A stretch of DNA of 64,000 nt from assembly GCA_965209035.1 (NCBI GenBank), contig OZ242372.1:320001-384000 (forward strand), given 5' to 3'. The position numbers were made by a program, and so were the translations under genes. The DNA is from Gammaproteobacteria bacterium (lineage in GTDB: Bacteria > Pseudomonadota > Gammaproteobacteria > CBDBNL01 > JAAOII01). Position 1 is the stretch's first letter. Each line of letters opens with the position of its first letter. Positions 9,817-18,694 of the stretch are shown here, one piece after another. The notes beneath the pieces are model-generated. The model was not told where the DNA came from and searched no databases. It was given only the letters and a program-made list of their open reading frames with translations.

Positions 9817-10363
9817 AATCTTGCCTTCAACAAGAGGCACATTTCGGCATAGTCCATAGCCAATTTAATGGTGAACTCTGCGACAGATTGGTCACCGGTG
9901 CGGAAGAATTTTTAAGAAACCGCAAGATCAACGACAACCGCATCATCAAACTTAAAGTTCCGGGGGCATTTGAATTACCCTTGGGTGTGCAATATCTTGC
10001 CGAGCATTTTGCCGGGCATCAAACTGCCTCCTCGCCAAACACACCGGTCGGAGTGATCGCGTTGGGCGTCATCATCCGCGGCGAAACGCCTCATTTTGAA
10101 TATGTTGCCGCTGAATCCGCGAGCGGGATCATGCAAGTGAGTCTGAAGTTGGCATGCCGGTCGGCTATGGCGTCATCACGGCAAACTCTTACCAACAAGC
10201 CGAAAACCGTTGTTGCCTCGATATCCTACAAGCAGGGAAGGATACCAAAAAGAAAGAAGAATCTGTCCGAACAAATAACGGCTATCAGGCGGCCGGTGCG
10301 GTGTGGCAAATGCTTCTTGCCAAAAATTGTCTCAAATCTGGCCCGAAGCCGGCCCAAAACTGA
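9804..10363 (+). pseudogene. ribH: Lumazine synthase, split by a 1-nt frameshift near 10150 (real or sequencing error)
   Basis: VPGAFELP and GVIIRGETPHFEYV in one frame; PVGYGVIT and N.GYQAA continue in ORF 10154-10363. Precedes nusB. Confidence 0.88.
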
Positions 10364-10392
10364 ATCGGAGTGAGTTAGAAGTTAGTTATTAA

Positions 10393-10863
10393 ATGAAGCG
10401 AGAACATCCCATCATGCAAAGACGACTGGCACGGCGTCTGGTGCTGCAGGCCCTGTATCAATGGCAAGTATCCGCCGAACCGCCGCAACATGCCGAAGAC
10501 TATGCCCGGCACAGCAAAAATTACGAGAGGGCGGACAAAGAATACTTTCACAAATTGTTTGTCGGCATTACGCAAGATGTCGCTTGCTTTGACGAACAGA
10601 TTGTTGAATGCACCGACATCCGCCCCGAAGATCTGCACACAATGGACACCCTGATATTGGGCATCTTGCGTATCGGTGTTTACGAATTGATGCGCGAACC
10701 GAACCTCAGCGTTGCCATTGTCATTAACGAAGCCGTTATTCTCGCCAAAAACTTTATGCATCGGGAGGCAGCCGGATACATCAATTCCATATTGGATCAA
10801 GTTGCCGCTTGCCTAAAACGCAAAACCGATGCCAGTCCGACATCGGCAACAAAATCAACATGA
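10393..10863 (+). CDS. nusB: Transcription antitermination factor NusB
   Basis: RRLARRLVLQALYQW, ILRIGVYEL, INEAV and INSILD; ribH-nusB-thiL-pgpA synteny. Confidence 0.95.
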   Translation: MKREHPIMQRRLARRLVLQALYQWQVSAEPPQHAEDYARHSKNYERADKEYFHKLFVGITQDVACFDEQIVECTDIRPEDLHTMDTLILGILRIGVYELMREPNLSVAIVINEAVILAKNFMHREAAGYINSILDQVAACLKRKTDASPTSATKST

Positions 10864-11067
10864 CACAAACAACGGAAACAGATTTGGATCAGATTGCCGT
10901 TTGCCTAAAACGCAAAACCGATGCCAGTCCGGCATCGGCGACAAAAGAAACATGACACAAATAACGGAAACAGATTTGGATCAGATTGCCGTTTGCCTAA
11001 AACGCAAAACCGATGCCAGTCCGACATCAGCGACAAAAGAAACATGACACAAACAACGGAAACAGAT
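10792..11067 (+). repeat. 3 x 92-bp tandem repeat spanning the nusB stop and thiL start
   Basis: Units start at 10792, 10884 and 10976 and differ by a few substitutions. Confidence 0.95.
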
Positions 11068-12150
11068 AAAGAAACTTCCAATCCGTCTCCCCAACCCGCG
11101 CAAACCCCACCGGACGAATGGGAAACAATCCGTCTAATCAAAGAAATCGTCAACAAAGATTCGCTGTTATCCGACATCGCTTTGCTCCCCATAGGAGACG
11201 ATTGTGCCTGCCTGCAGCCGCGACCTCCCGGTCGGATTTTAAGTTGTTCCGCGGACAGCTTTTACGAAGACACCCACTTCCCCGTCGGTGCGGATCCTTT
11301 TCTCATCGGTTACCGAACTCTCAACGCCGCCGCCTCGGATCTTGCCGCCATGGGATCCTCTCCCTTGGGCTTTTTGTTGGCCGCCGGACTGCCGACACAC
11401 ATGCGACAACGTCAAAACATCGTCCATCTTGCGGCGGGATTTCGGCTAGCCGCTTTGCACACCCGGTTACTTCTTCTCGGCGGTAATCTTTCCGCCAGTG
11501 AGCGGACCAACCTGACCATCACCGTCATTGGTGAAAACCCAAACAAACAATCCGTTCTAAGGCGCGGAACGGCGTCGGTCGGCGACAGTTTGTTCGTAAG
11601 TGGCTGTTTGGGCGGTTCCGCCGCCGGCTTACGGTATGCAAAATTCTCCGCCCAAGAACTTGACACCCGCAGCGCGTCTCTGCGAGCATCTTATTTCTGC
11701 CCGCAAGCAAGACTCCGGCTGGGGGCATCCCTGCGCGGCATTGCATCGTCTTGCATTGACATTTCCGACGGGATTGCCTCGGATCTGCCGCATCTGCTAA
11801 CCCCCGCAGGCATGTCCGTGCCGCCTCACAAAACAATCGGAACAATCGGAACAATCGGAGAAATAGAAAAAGATAGAAAAATGGGCGCACGACTTTTCTT
11901 ATCCGAACTGCCCTTGTCGCCGGAACTCACGCCGACAAGAGAAAACAGAATCCTTGCTCTGACAGGCGACGACTATGAATTGTTATTTACGGTCCCGCCC
12001 GCCCGAGAAAAGATAACAAGCGAACTCGGCGAAAAACTGGGCGTTGCCGTCAAGAAGATTGGCGAGATTACCGCAGAACCGGCTATGGTTTGCACAGAGG
12101 CAGACGGCAAAGAATACCCGTTACCGGCCGGCGGCTACAAACATTTTTAA
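11044..12150 (+). CDS. thiL: Thiamine-monophosphate kinase
   Basis: IGDDCA, SDLAAMG, GGN, IDISDG, GDDYELLFT and GYKHF. True start is ATG 11044. Confidence 0.95.
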   Translation: MTQTTETDKETSNPSPQPAQTPPDEWETIRLIKEIVNKDSLLSDIALLPIGDDCACLQPRPPGRILSCSADSFYEDTHFPVGADPFLIGYRTLNAAASDLAAMGSSPLGFLLAAGLPTHMRQRQNIVHLAAGFRLAALHTRLLLLGGNLSASERTNLTITVIGENPNKQSVLRRGTASVGDSLFVSGCLGGSAAGLRYAKFSAQELDTRSASLRASYFCPQARLRLGASLRGIASSCIDISDGIASDLPHLLTPAGMSVPPHKTIGTIGTIGEIEKDRKMGARLFLSELPLSPELTPTRENRILALTGDDYELLFTVPPAREKITSELGEKLGVAVKKIGEITAEPAMVCTEADGKEYPLPAGGYKHF

Positions 12151-12219
12151 AACATTCAAACAAAACTGCCTGTTTGTAAAACCATAGCGGGCTATGAAGG
12201 ATATAATGAATCTATTCAC

Positions 12220-12744
12220 ATGCAAAAAATATTCATTGACTGGGAAGAAATAAAACCCGGCCTGCGTAATCCCGTTGTCCTGCTTGCCCAAGGACTCGGA
12301 AGCGGCTGCATACGTCCCTTCCCCGGTCTCTGGGGGACAGGCGCCGCACTTCTCATTTATGTTGTGGTGGTGCATTTTTTTGCGTTGGATCAAAACACCT
12401 GGGCTGCTTGGACTCTGGCTGCCGCCGCTTTCGGTATTCCTTTGGCAACCTACGCCGAGCGGATCATCGGTCAAAAGGATCCCCATTCGGTTGTTTGGGA
12501 CGAATGGTGCGGAGTCTGGCTGGCATTTCTGTACTTGCCTTTCAGTTTCACCATCCTCATCATTGGTTTTTTTCTTTTCCGATTTCTGGATATCAGAAAA
12601 CCTTGGATCATTGGCATGGCGGACAGCCGCTTAAAAGGAGGATTGGGTATTATGCTGGATGATATTATTGCCGGTGTCGCGGTCAATATTTTCTTGCAGG
12701 TTCTCTTATTTGTCTTGCGAGGATTCGGAGTGAATCCAATTTAA
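12220..12744 (+). CDS. pgpA: Phosphatidylglycerophosphatase A
   Basis: GLGSG, PGLWGT, DPHSVVWDE, FRFLDI.KP and GLGIMLDD. Confidence 0.95.
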   Translation: MQKIFIDWEEIKPGLRNPVVLLAQGLGSGCIRPFPGLWGTGAALLIYVVVVHFFALDQNTWAAWTLAAAAFGIPLATYAERIIGQKDPHSVVWDEWCGVWLAFLYLPFSFTILIIGFFLFRFLDIRKPWIIGMADSRLKGGLGIMLDDIIAGVAVNIFLQVLLFVLRGFGVNPI

Positions 12745-12820
12745 ATTAGACTTTTATTCCCTTATTGAATCAATAATACGCGCCCTTAACAAAAATAAAC
12801 AATAAGGATATCAATCCTTA

Positions 12821-13942
12821 TTAATGCCTATATATGCCGCCCAAAGGACGCTCTCCTTTGGCACGGGTTACAACCGGCAGATTGCCCGGCTTTTTTTCCA
12901 AAGCACACTTTGCCAACCAAGCAAAAGCGAGCGGCTCCACCCATTGTGCCGCAACACCCAGTTCGTCTATGAGACGAATCTCGCAATGCACTAGTTTCTT
13001 AATACGCTCCACCAAGTAAGTATTTTTAGTTCCGCCGCCGGATAAATACAACACCGCAGATTCGCGCGGTTTGATTTCTTCGCAAACACCCAGCGAGATA
13101 CACAAGGCGGTCAGGTCGGCAAAGGTTGCCTGCACATCTTCCGCCTTAGGGCTTATCTTAAGTTTCTTGATGTGACCTTCCCCCCACCGCAAGTTGAAAT
13201 AAGCCCGCCCGGTAGATTTTGGCGGCGTCCGCGAAAAATAAGGATCCTGCAAAAAAGAATACAGCAATTCGTTAATGCACTCGCCGGAGCGCGCCCACTC
13301 GCCCCGATCATCAAAAGGCATATCCAGATGCTTCTCCGCCCACTCATCCATCAAACAGTTTGCCGGACCCAAGTCAAAGCCACCGACGACTGTCCCGTTA
13401 AATATCATCGTCAAGTTAGATATTCCGCCCATATTGATGATACCGCGGTCCGTATCGGCATCCGCAAAATATTCCTGATGAAACCCCGATGCCAGGGGCG
13501 CCCCCTCTCCGCCCGCCGCCATATCGCGCCGGCGAAAATCCGTAACAACCGTAATGTTCGTCATCTCGGTCAAAATATTCGGATCCCCGATTTGCATCGT
13601 CCGATGTTTTTCCGGGTTATGGGCAATGGTTTGACCGGGATAACCGATCGCACGGACATCTTCCGACTTGGTGTTGGATTGTTTTAGAAGCGCCAAAACC
13701 GCTTGCGTCGCCATCTCGGAGATTTGAGATTCCAACCATGCCAACTCATCCAAGTCACAAGTTTGCCGTTTGTTCAGTTTGAGCAGCCGCTCTCTGACTT
13801 CCGCAAAAAAAGGAACAGAAACAGAAGCCAGCATTTGAGGAGGCCTGGCGGACATGTCCGCCAAAACACCGTCCATCGCATCCAGACTGGTCCCCGACAT
13901 CAGGCCCACAAAATATCCGGGAGCCTGATTATTAGATGCCAT
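12821..13942 (-). CDS. anmK: Anhydro-N-acetylmuramic acid kinase
   Basis: GLMSGTSLD, DFRRRDMAAGGEGAPL, NMGGISN and PKSTGR. Confidence 0.96.
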   Translation of the reverse strand: MASNNQAPGYFVGLMSGTSLDAMDGVLADMSARPPQMLASVSVPFFAEVRERLLKLNKRQTCDLDELAWLESQISEMATQAVLALLKQSNTKSEDVRAIGYPGQTIAHNPEKHRTMQIGDPNILTEMTNITVVTDFRRRDMAAGGEGAPLASGFHQEYFADADTDRGIINMGGISNLTMIFNGTVVGGFDLGPANCLMDEWAEKHLDMPFDDRGEWARSGECINELLYSFLQDPYFSRTPPKSTGRAYFNLRWGEGHIKKLKISPKAEDVQATFADLTALCISLGVCEEIKPRESAVLYLSGGGTKNTYLVERIKKLVHCEIRLIDELGVAAQWVEPLAFAWLAKCALEKKPGNLPVVTRAKGERPLGGIYRH

Positions 13943-15338
13943 TACCGGTCAGTTGTGCCGTGTCTCCCTCTTGCCAGTCCAGTTCGCGTTGTCCGTATTC
14001 GGCAATCACCCCCTTGGCATAACGCCGAAACCTTTGCAGTTCACTTTTGTGTAACTTGGCATTTCTCGGCAGTCTGACTGTCAGCGGATTATGATGCACC
14101 CCATTAATACGAAATTCATAATGGAGATGCGGACCGGTGGACAGCCCGGTGGAACCAACATAACCAATCACATCCCCCTGTTTGATCCTCTTACCGCGCG
14201 ACATCCCGCGGGCATACCCGTGCATATGCGCATAAAGAGTCTGATAACCCGAACCGTGATTAATGATAATCGTTTTACCGTAACCGCTTTTATAGCCCAC
14301 ATGAGATATGACGCCATTGCCGGCCGAATTAATCGGCGTGCCTCTTCGGGCGGCAAAGTCAGTCCCTCTGTGCGGGCGGACTCTGTTCAAAATAGGGTGT
14401 CGCCGCTTGAGATTAAAGCGCGAACTGATGCGCGAAAACTTGACCGGCATCCGCAGAAAGCGCGTTTTCATAGATTCTCCGTTCGGCGTGAAGTAACCCG
14501 TTTCCCCGGCGTTATTGGTGTACCGGATCGCGGTAATCTCTTTTCCCCGATTAACGAACTTAACCAAGGTGATGGTGTCCTGCTGCACCGTTTGATTGTC
14601 AACCAGCAGGTCTTCAAGTAGCATAGAAAATGTATCGCCCTTACGAACATCATTGGCAAAGTCTATGTCATAGGCAAAAATCTCCGCAAAGCGAATCACC
14701 AGAGCATCGCTCATACCAATATTCAGACCGTCTCTGTATAGCGAACTCTGAATCTCTCCGCCAAGATAACGATGTTGCTTGCTGTACTCGGCGGTATAAG
14801 CGGCACTCCGATACTTGCCTTCACCATAATTAAGATAACTCGTCCCGCTAATCGCCCCCTCCATCACAATCAGTTCTTTCAAAGAGTCATCCGGATGCAG
14901 CGCAATATAAAGTAAATTATTGCGCGGCAATTTGTTTAGTTTGCGCCGTTCCTTGGCACTCACGGATTTCACCAGTTCGTTAACCTCGCCGGTATCCAAT
15001 TGCAGTCGGGAAAAAAGCTTGGTGAGGTCTTCTCCTTTTTGCAGTTTGACCCGAAATCGTCTCGGCAACAAGGACAGTGACAGTGCTTCGGCTTCAGCGG
15101 TACCCGGCACAAGATCCACAACAGGCAACGGTTTTTGAAACGATACGGGAATCACTTGTTCGGCGGGTTCTTCCTTAAGAGCAAAAGAAATGGCGAATAA
15201 CCCGAGAAACAAGATGAGAATACTAAACAGTCGCTTCTCTTTTTTCTCGTAGTTATTTTTGTAGATACCTTTGTGGTTACCTTTAAGGCTACTGTTAAGG
15301 CTACTGTATTTGAAATCCCGTTTTCTGAAGAACTGCAT
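13932..15338 (-). CDS. M23 family murein DD-endopeptidase (MepM/YebA-like)
   Basis: H.GTDF, YAH and STGPHLHYE; N-terminal TM helix; usual position upstream of anmK. Confidence 0.92.
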   Translation of the reverse strand: MQFFRKRDFKYSSLNSSLKGNHKGIYKNNYEKKEKRLFSILILFLGLFAISFALKEEPAEQVIPVSFQKPLPVVDLVPGTAEAEALSLSLLPRRFRVKLQKGEDLTKLFSRLQLDTGEVNELVKSVSAKERRKLNKLPRNNLLYIALHPDDSLKELIVMEGAISGTSYLNYGEGKYRSAAYTAEYSKQHRYLGGEIQSSLYRDGLNIGMSDALVIRFAEIFAYDIDFANDVRKGDTFSMLLEDLLVDNQTVQQDTITLVKFVNRGKEITAIRYTNNAGETGYFTPNGESMKTRFLRMPVKFSRISSRFNLKRRHPILNRVRPHRGTDFAARRGTPINSAGNGVISHVGYKSGYGKTIIINHGSGYQTLYAHMHGYARGMSRGKRIKQGDVIGYVGSTGLSTGPHLHYEFRINGVHHNPLTVRLPRNAKLHKSELQRFRRYAKGVIAEYGQRELDWQEGDTAQLTGNGI

Positions 15339-15600
15339 TTGTTTTATTATACCCGATTTTTATTCAAAATGAATGACAGTGTGCATCATCCAAACGCCTC
15401 CAACACTTAAATAAGTTTCGGAAGTCAAGAACTCTCTCAGATTGATTGGGCTAAAAGGTATTAGACCCAATACTTTTTTGTAACACCGGTATGTTGGTTT
15501 TTTATTACGGCAGCGTGTTGAACCGCGACATCGCATCCATACCCAGATGTTTATTTAAATGTTTAAATAGTTAAATCAAAAAGTAAAAACGCCTTCTTTC

Positions 15601-15879
15601 TTAACGCAACATAAAGAATAGTGCAGCAACAATCGCGATAATCAATGATGCAATAATACCTGACATGTAAGGCGACATTTTTGCAAATCTTTCTATTTTG
15701 GCTAATTTCCCTTCCCGTAGTTCTTTTACTTGTTCTATAAGACCTTTACTCACTTCCACATCCGGGTCACCAAAAATATTTTTCTCTAACTTTTGTAACC
15801 TTGCTTCCGTATCGCTTATTTTCCGGGGCGGGACATTCGGATCGCGTAATTCTTCTTTTGGAGTAGAATATTCACCCAT
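15601..15879 (-). CDS. Small hypothetical protein with coiled coil and C-terminal TM helix
   Basis: 92-aa ORF with a hydrophobic C-terminus; overlaps the upstream ORF by 64 nt. Confidence 0.55.
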   Translation of the reverse strand: MGEYSTPKEELRDPNVPPRKISDTEARLQKLEKNIFGDPDVEVSKGLIEQVKELREGKLAKIERFAKMSPYMSGIIASLIIAIVAALFFMLR

Positions 15880-16211
15880 CCTTTACTCTTTGGATTCTTT
15901 TGATTCTTTTTCTGATCACTTGGCCGAGACGGAGCTGTTACTAGAAAATCCCAAAATTTTTGCGAATAAAACCCATTGTAAGATCCAATCTCCGTAGCAA
16001 ACCCGACCATTTTTCCCTCCGGGTTAAAACCGGTCTTTTCTATTACCGAAGAGACAGTTTGACCTTCGGTTTTAATCGCCCAGGTAGTGGAATTGTTTAG
16101 TTGGTAGACATTCTCTTTTCCATACATACCTTTCAACTTCTCATCTATATCCGTATGCGCCGGAATAGCCCCTTTTTCAAAATAAATTAAATATGTCTTG
16201 AAATTCGCCAT
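15816..16211 (-). CDS. Hypothetical small protein, possibly ferredoxin/Cas2-like fold
   Basis: 131-aa ORF with YLIYF...TTWAI...YNGF....FWDFL pattern. TG-extended TATACT lies 6 nt before ATG. Confidence 0.6.
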   Translation of the reverse strand: MANFKTYLIYFEKGAIPAHTDIDEKLKGMYGKENVYQLNNSTTWAIKTEGQTVSSVIEKTGFNPEGKMVGFATEIGSYNGFYSQKFWDFLVTAPSRPSDQKKNQKNPKSKGWVNILLQKKNYAIRMSRPGK

Positions 16212-16223
16212 AACAATAGTATA

Positions 16224-16445
16224 TCACATCTTGATAAATAAAATCATGCAATGATTTCTTTTATCTCGCGACTCCTTAACAAAAATGCTGATACACGGTT
16301 CTCCCGTATAACGGTCGCCGGAAAATTTTTCAGAAAACCCTACCGCTGTAATATTGGGTATCTTGAGATAATCCAACGCTTGTTGAGCTGCGATATCTAC
16401 AGCACGCTTTGCGATTTTTTGCCTTAAGATACTGTAAATGTTTGG
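16224..16445 (-). pseudogene. Start-less fragment resembling the N-terminal domain of Nal1-like S1 serine proteases
   Basis: Manual translation YLKIPNITAVGFSEKFSGDRYTGEPCISIFVKE resembles the PNVVGVG.G.K...G..T.E..I.VFV..K pattern. Confidence 0.4.
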
Positions 16446-16637
16446 TTATATTGTGAACTCAAGTAACTAGTGCAACACTGTGAAATGTTTCCAAAATAAT
16501 GCACGAGATGATCCGGCTCTTTTTAGACCGCCCGCATAGATCCGCATAGGTCCCAAAATACAAAATACAACATTAAAAAACATTTAAATTACCAAGCCAG
16601 CAAGTCACCAAACGACCAAATAAAGTATAATAACAAT

Positions 16638-17315
16638 ATGATGCAAAACAAACTAACAATCTTATTGGCACTTGTGCTCCTTATGTTCATGAGTGCCGTC
16701 ATTAAAGCGGAAACACTTAAAAGGTCCACCCTGTCCACTCCGGTGGAAGGTCGCCATTATACGGTTTTGAAAAACCCCGGCAAAACAAAAGCCCCAACCG
16801 GCAAGGTGGAAGTCGTCGAGTTTTTCTGGTATGGCTGCCCGCACTGTTACAGGCTGGAACCCTATATGGAAAGTTGGGAAGCAAGCAAACCGGATGATGC
16901 CTATTTGCGACGCATTCCCGTTCCCTATAACAAGCTGTGGAATCTGCATGCTCGCACCTATTACACCGCCGAAAAACTGAAGGTTTTGGCAAAAAGCCAT
17001 CGCCCGTTTTTTGATGCCATTCACAAGGAGCGAAAGCCTCTTACTTCACAAAGAGCAATTGCCGGGTTCTTCACCCAATACGGCATCACAACAAAAGACT
17101 TTAACGACACCTTTTCTTCTTTTAGTGTGGAAGCCAGAATACGGCTCGCATCAAAAGATTCGGATTTTTACAAGATAGACGGTGTCCCGAATATAATCAT
17201 CAACGGCAAGTACAAAACCAACCCTAATATGGCAGGGTCCGAAGCCAATATGATCACAGTCATTCGTTATCTCGTAGAACAGGAAAGAAAAAATCCTTCC
17301 GACACTTCGGGATAA
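16638..17315 (+). CDS. dsbA: Thiol:disulfide oxidoreductase DsbA
   Basis: Signal peptide, EFFWYGCPHC and GVP...INGKY. Confidence 0.95.
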   Translation: MMQNKLTILLALVLLMFMSAVIKAETLKRSTLSTPVEGRHYTVLKNPGKTKAPTGKVEVVEFFWYGCPHCYRLEPYMESWEASKPDDAYLRRIPVPYNKLWNLHARTYYTAEKLKVLAKSHRPFFDAIHKERKPLTSQRAIAGFFTQYGITTKDFNDTFSSFSVEARIRLASKDSDFYKIDGVPNIIINGKYKTNPNMAGSEANMITVIRYLVEQERKNPSDTSG

Positions 17316-17598
17316 ACAATGCACAGCCCGCAGGCTGTTGTTTGTGTTTGTGTTTGCGTTAAAGAAACAACAAACTTAGGCAGCCGCCTGTTTAAACCTT
17401 AACTCGTTAAGCCTGTTAATCCCATTAAGCCCATATAAGCGGCGGCTTGGCACTTAGTGCCATTCGTGGGATAAACAATTCACAGCCCACAGGCTGTTGT
17501 TTGTGTTTGTGTTTTTTAAGAAACCACCAAACTTAGGCAGCCGCCTGTTCAAACCTTAACCCGTTAATCCCATAACCGGCGGCTTGGCACTTAGTGCC
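17309..17598. repeat. Imperfect duplication of the whole dsbA/folA convergent spacer
   Basis: GGGATAAACAAT...GGCGGCTTGGCACTTAGTGCC occurs at about 17309-17461 and 17468-17598. Confidence 0.9.
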
Positions 17599-18601
17599 GA
17601 CCGTCCGATTTGCGGTCCTTACGATCCTTGCGATCCAGGATAAGAAACCTGTATTTCCATCCGCCGTCCGTGCCTCTTTCTTCTGTCGTCGTCACCCAAT
17701 CCTTCATATCGTATTCGGGAAAGAATACATCCCCGCGGATGTCCGCCTCAACCAGGGTGACATACATCCGGTCGGCGTCTTTGATAGATTGACGGTAAAG
17801 TTCCGCACCGCCGATTACAAAGATTTCTGCATCGCTGTCTTTCTCTTGCTCTTTCTCCTTCTTTTTCCCATTTTCTCCCCCCGCCCGGCTGTCGGCGTTC
17901 GCACAGTCTGCCGGGCTTGTACGCGGAATGAACTTCCATCCTTTGTGTGACGACCCGGGAGGCGATATCTCTTGAGTTTCCGACTTAGCGGATGCCTTGC
18001 GGATGTCGCCCATATATTTGATGTAGTCTTTAATATAGCCGCCTTCCCGCTGTTCTTTAGACAGTCCCGGCGGCAGTTCGGGTAAAAAATCTCGGAGTTG
18101 TCGGATAGGATCCGTCCCGGTATTATTTTGATCCGCTACCCTCCCGGCTGAATATGCATCCCCTTTCCGCGCGTCTTCTCCACTCACCTTTTTGTCAGAA
18201 CTCCCGGCAAGGCGGTCCATATGCACAATGTGACTTGCCAAAAAATAAGCATCTTCCAGATTAGTGCATAACAGGGTTCCCGGATAGGCGGCGGATAGAC
18301 GCGCAGACAAAACCAAGTTATACCTTCCGGGCAAGGGCTTGCCGATAGAAAGATAAGTATTCTTTCCCATGATGACCGGCTTACCGAGTGTCACTTGCCT
18401 GAACCTTCGCAGGTCCTGCGGCAGATGCAGCGGAAAACCCTGTTGATCCTGCGTGTCCTGTTGGGCACGCCGGCGAAAAAATGTTTTGCCGTCGCGCACA
18501 TAGTGTTTTAGATGGTCGTAAGGATGCAGCGGCATGATCCGATACTTACCGGTGCCCAAACCGATACAACGATTACGGCTGTGGGCGACGATTAATGATA
18601 T
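17591..18601 (-). CDS. folA: Dihydrofolate reductase with two large insertions; start codon uncertain
   Basis: The frame extends upstream to [14 protein letters not shown]. Also [40 protein letters not shown] and GDVFFP. Confidence 0.88.
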   Translation of the reverse strand: MSLIVAHSRNRCIGLGTGKYRIMPLHPYDHLKHYVRDGKTFFRRRAQQDTQDQQGFPLHLPQDLRRFRQVTLGKPVIMGKNTYLSIGKPLPGRYNLVLSARLSAAYPGTLLCTNLEDAYFLASHIVHMDRLAGSSDKKVSGEDARKGDAYSAGRVADQNNTGTDPIRQLRDFLPELPPGLSKEQREGGYIKDYIKYMGDIRKASAKSETQEISPPGSSHKGWKFIPRTSPADCANADSRAGGENGKKKEKEQEKDSDAEIFVIGGAELYRQSIKDADRMYVTLVEADIRGDVFFPEYDMKDWVTTTEERGTDGGWKYRFLILDRKDRKDRKSDGRH

Positions 18602-18694
18602 CTTTGAGATTTTAGTATCTTGCCGGATGTCCGGTGCTCGTCGGGATCCCAGCCGATGCGGTGAAAAGATTCCGCGAAAAACTGTGCATCCGCT

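Noticed and set aside
15360-15600. tRNA or structured ncRNA
   Set aside because: Only an imperfect hairpin near 15445-15472; no cloverleaf or T-loop consensus.
17830-18230. Intein in folA
   Set aside because: No Cys/Ser start with His-Asn end, no endonuclease motifs; low complexity.
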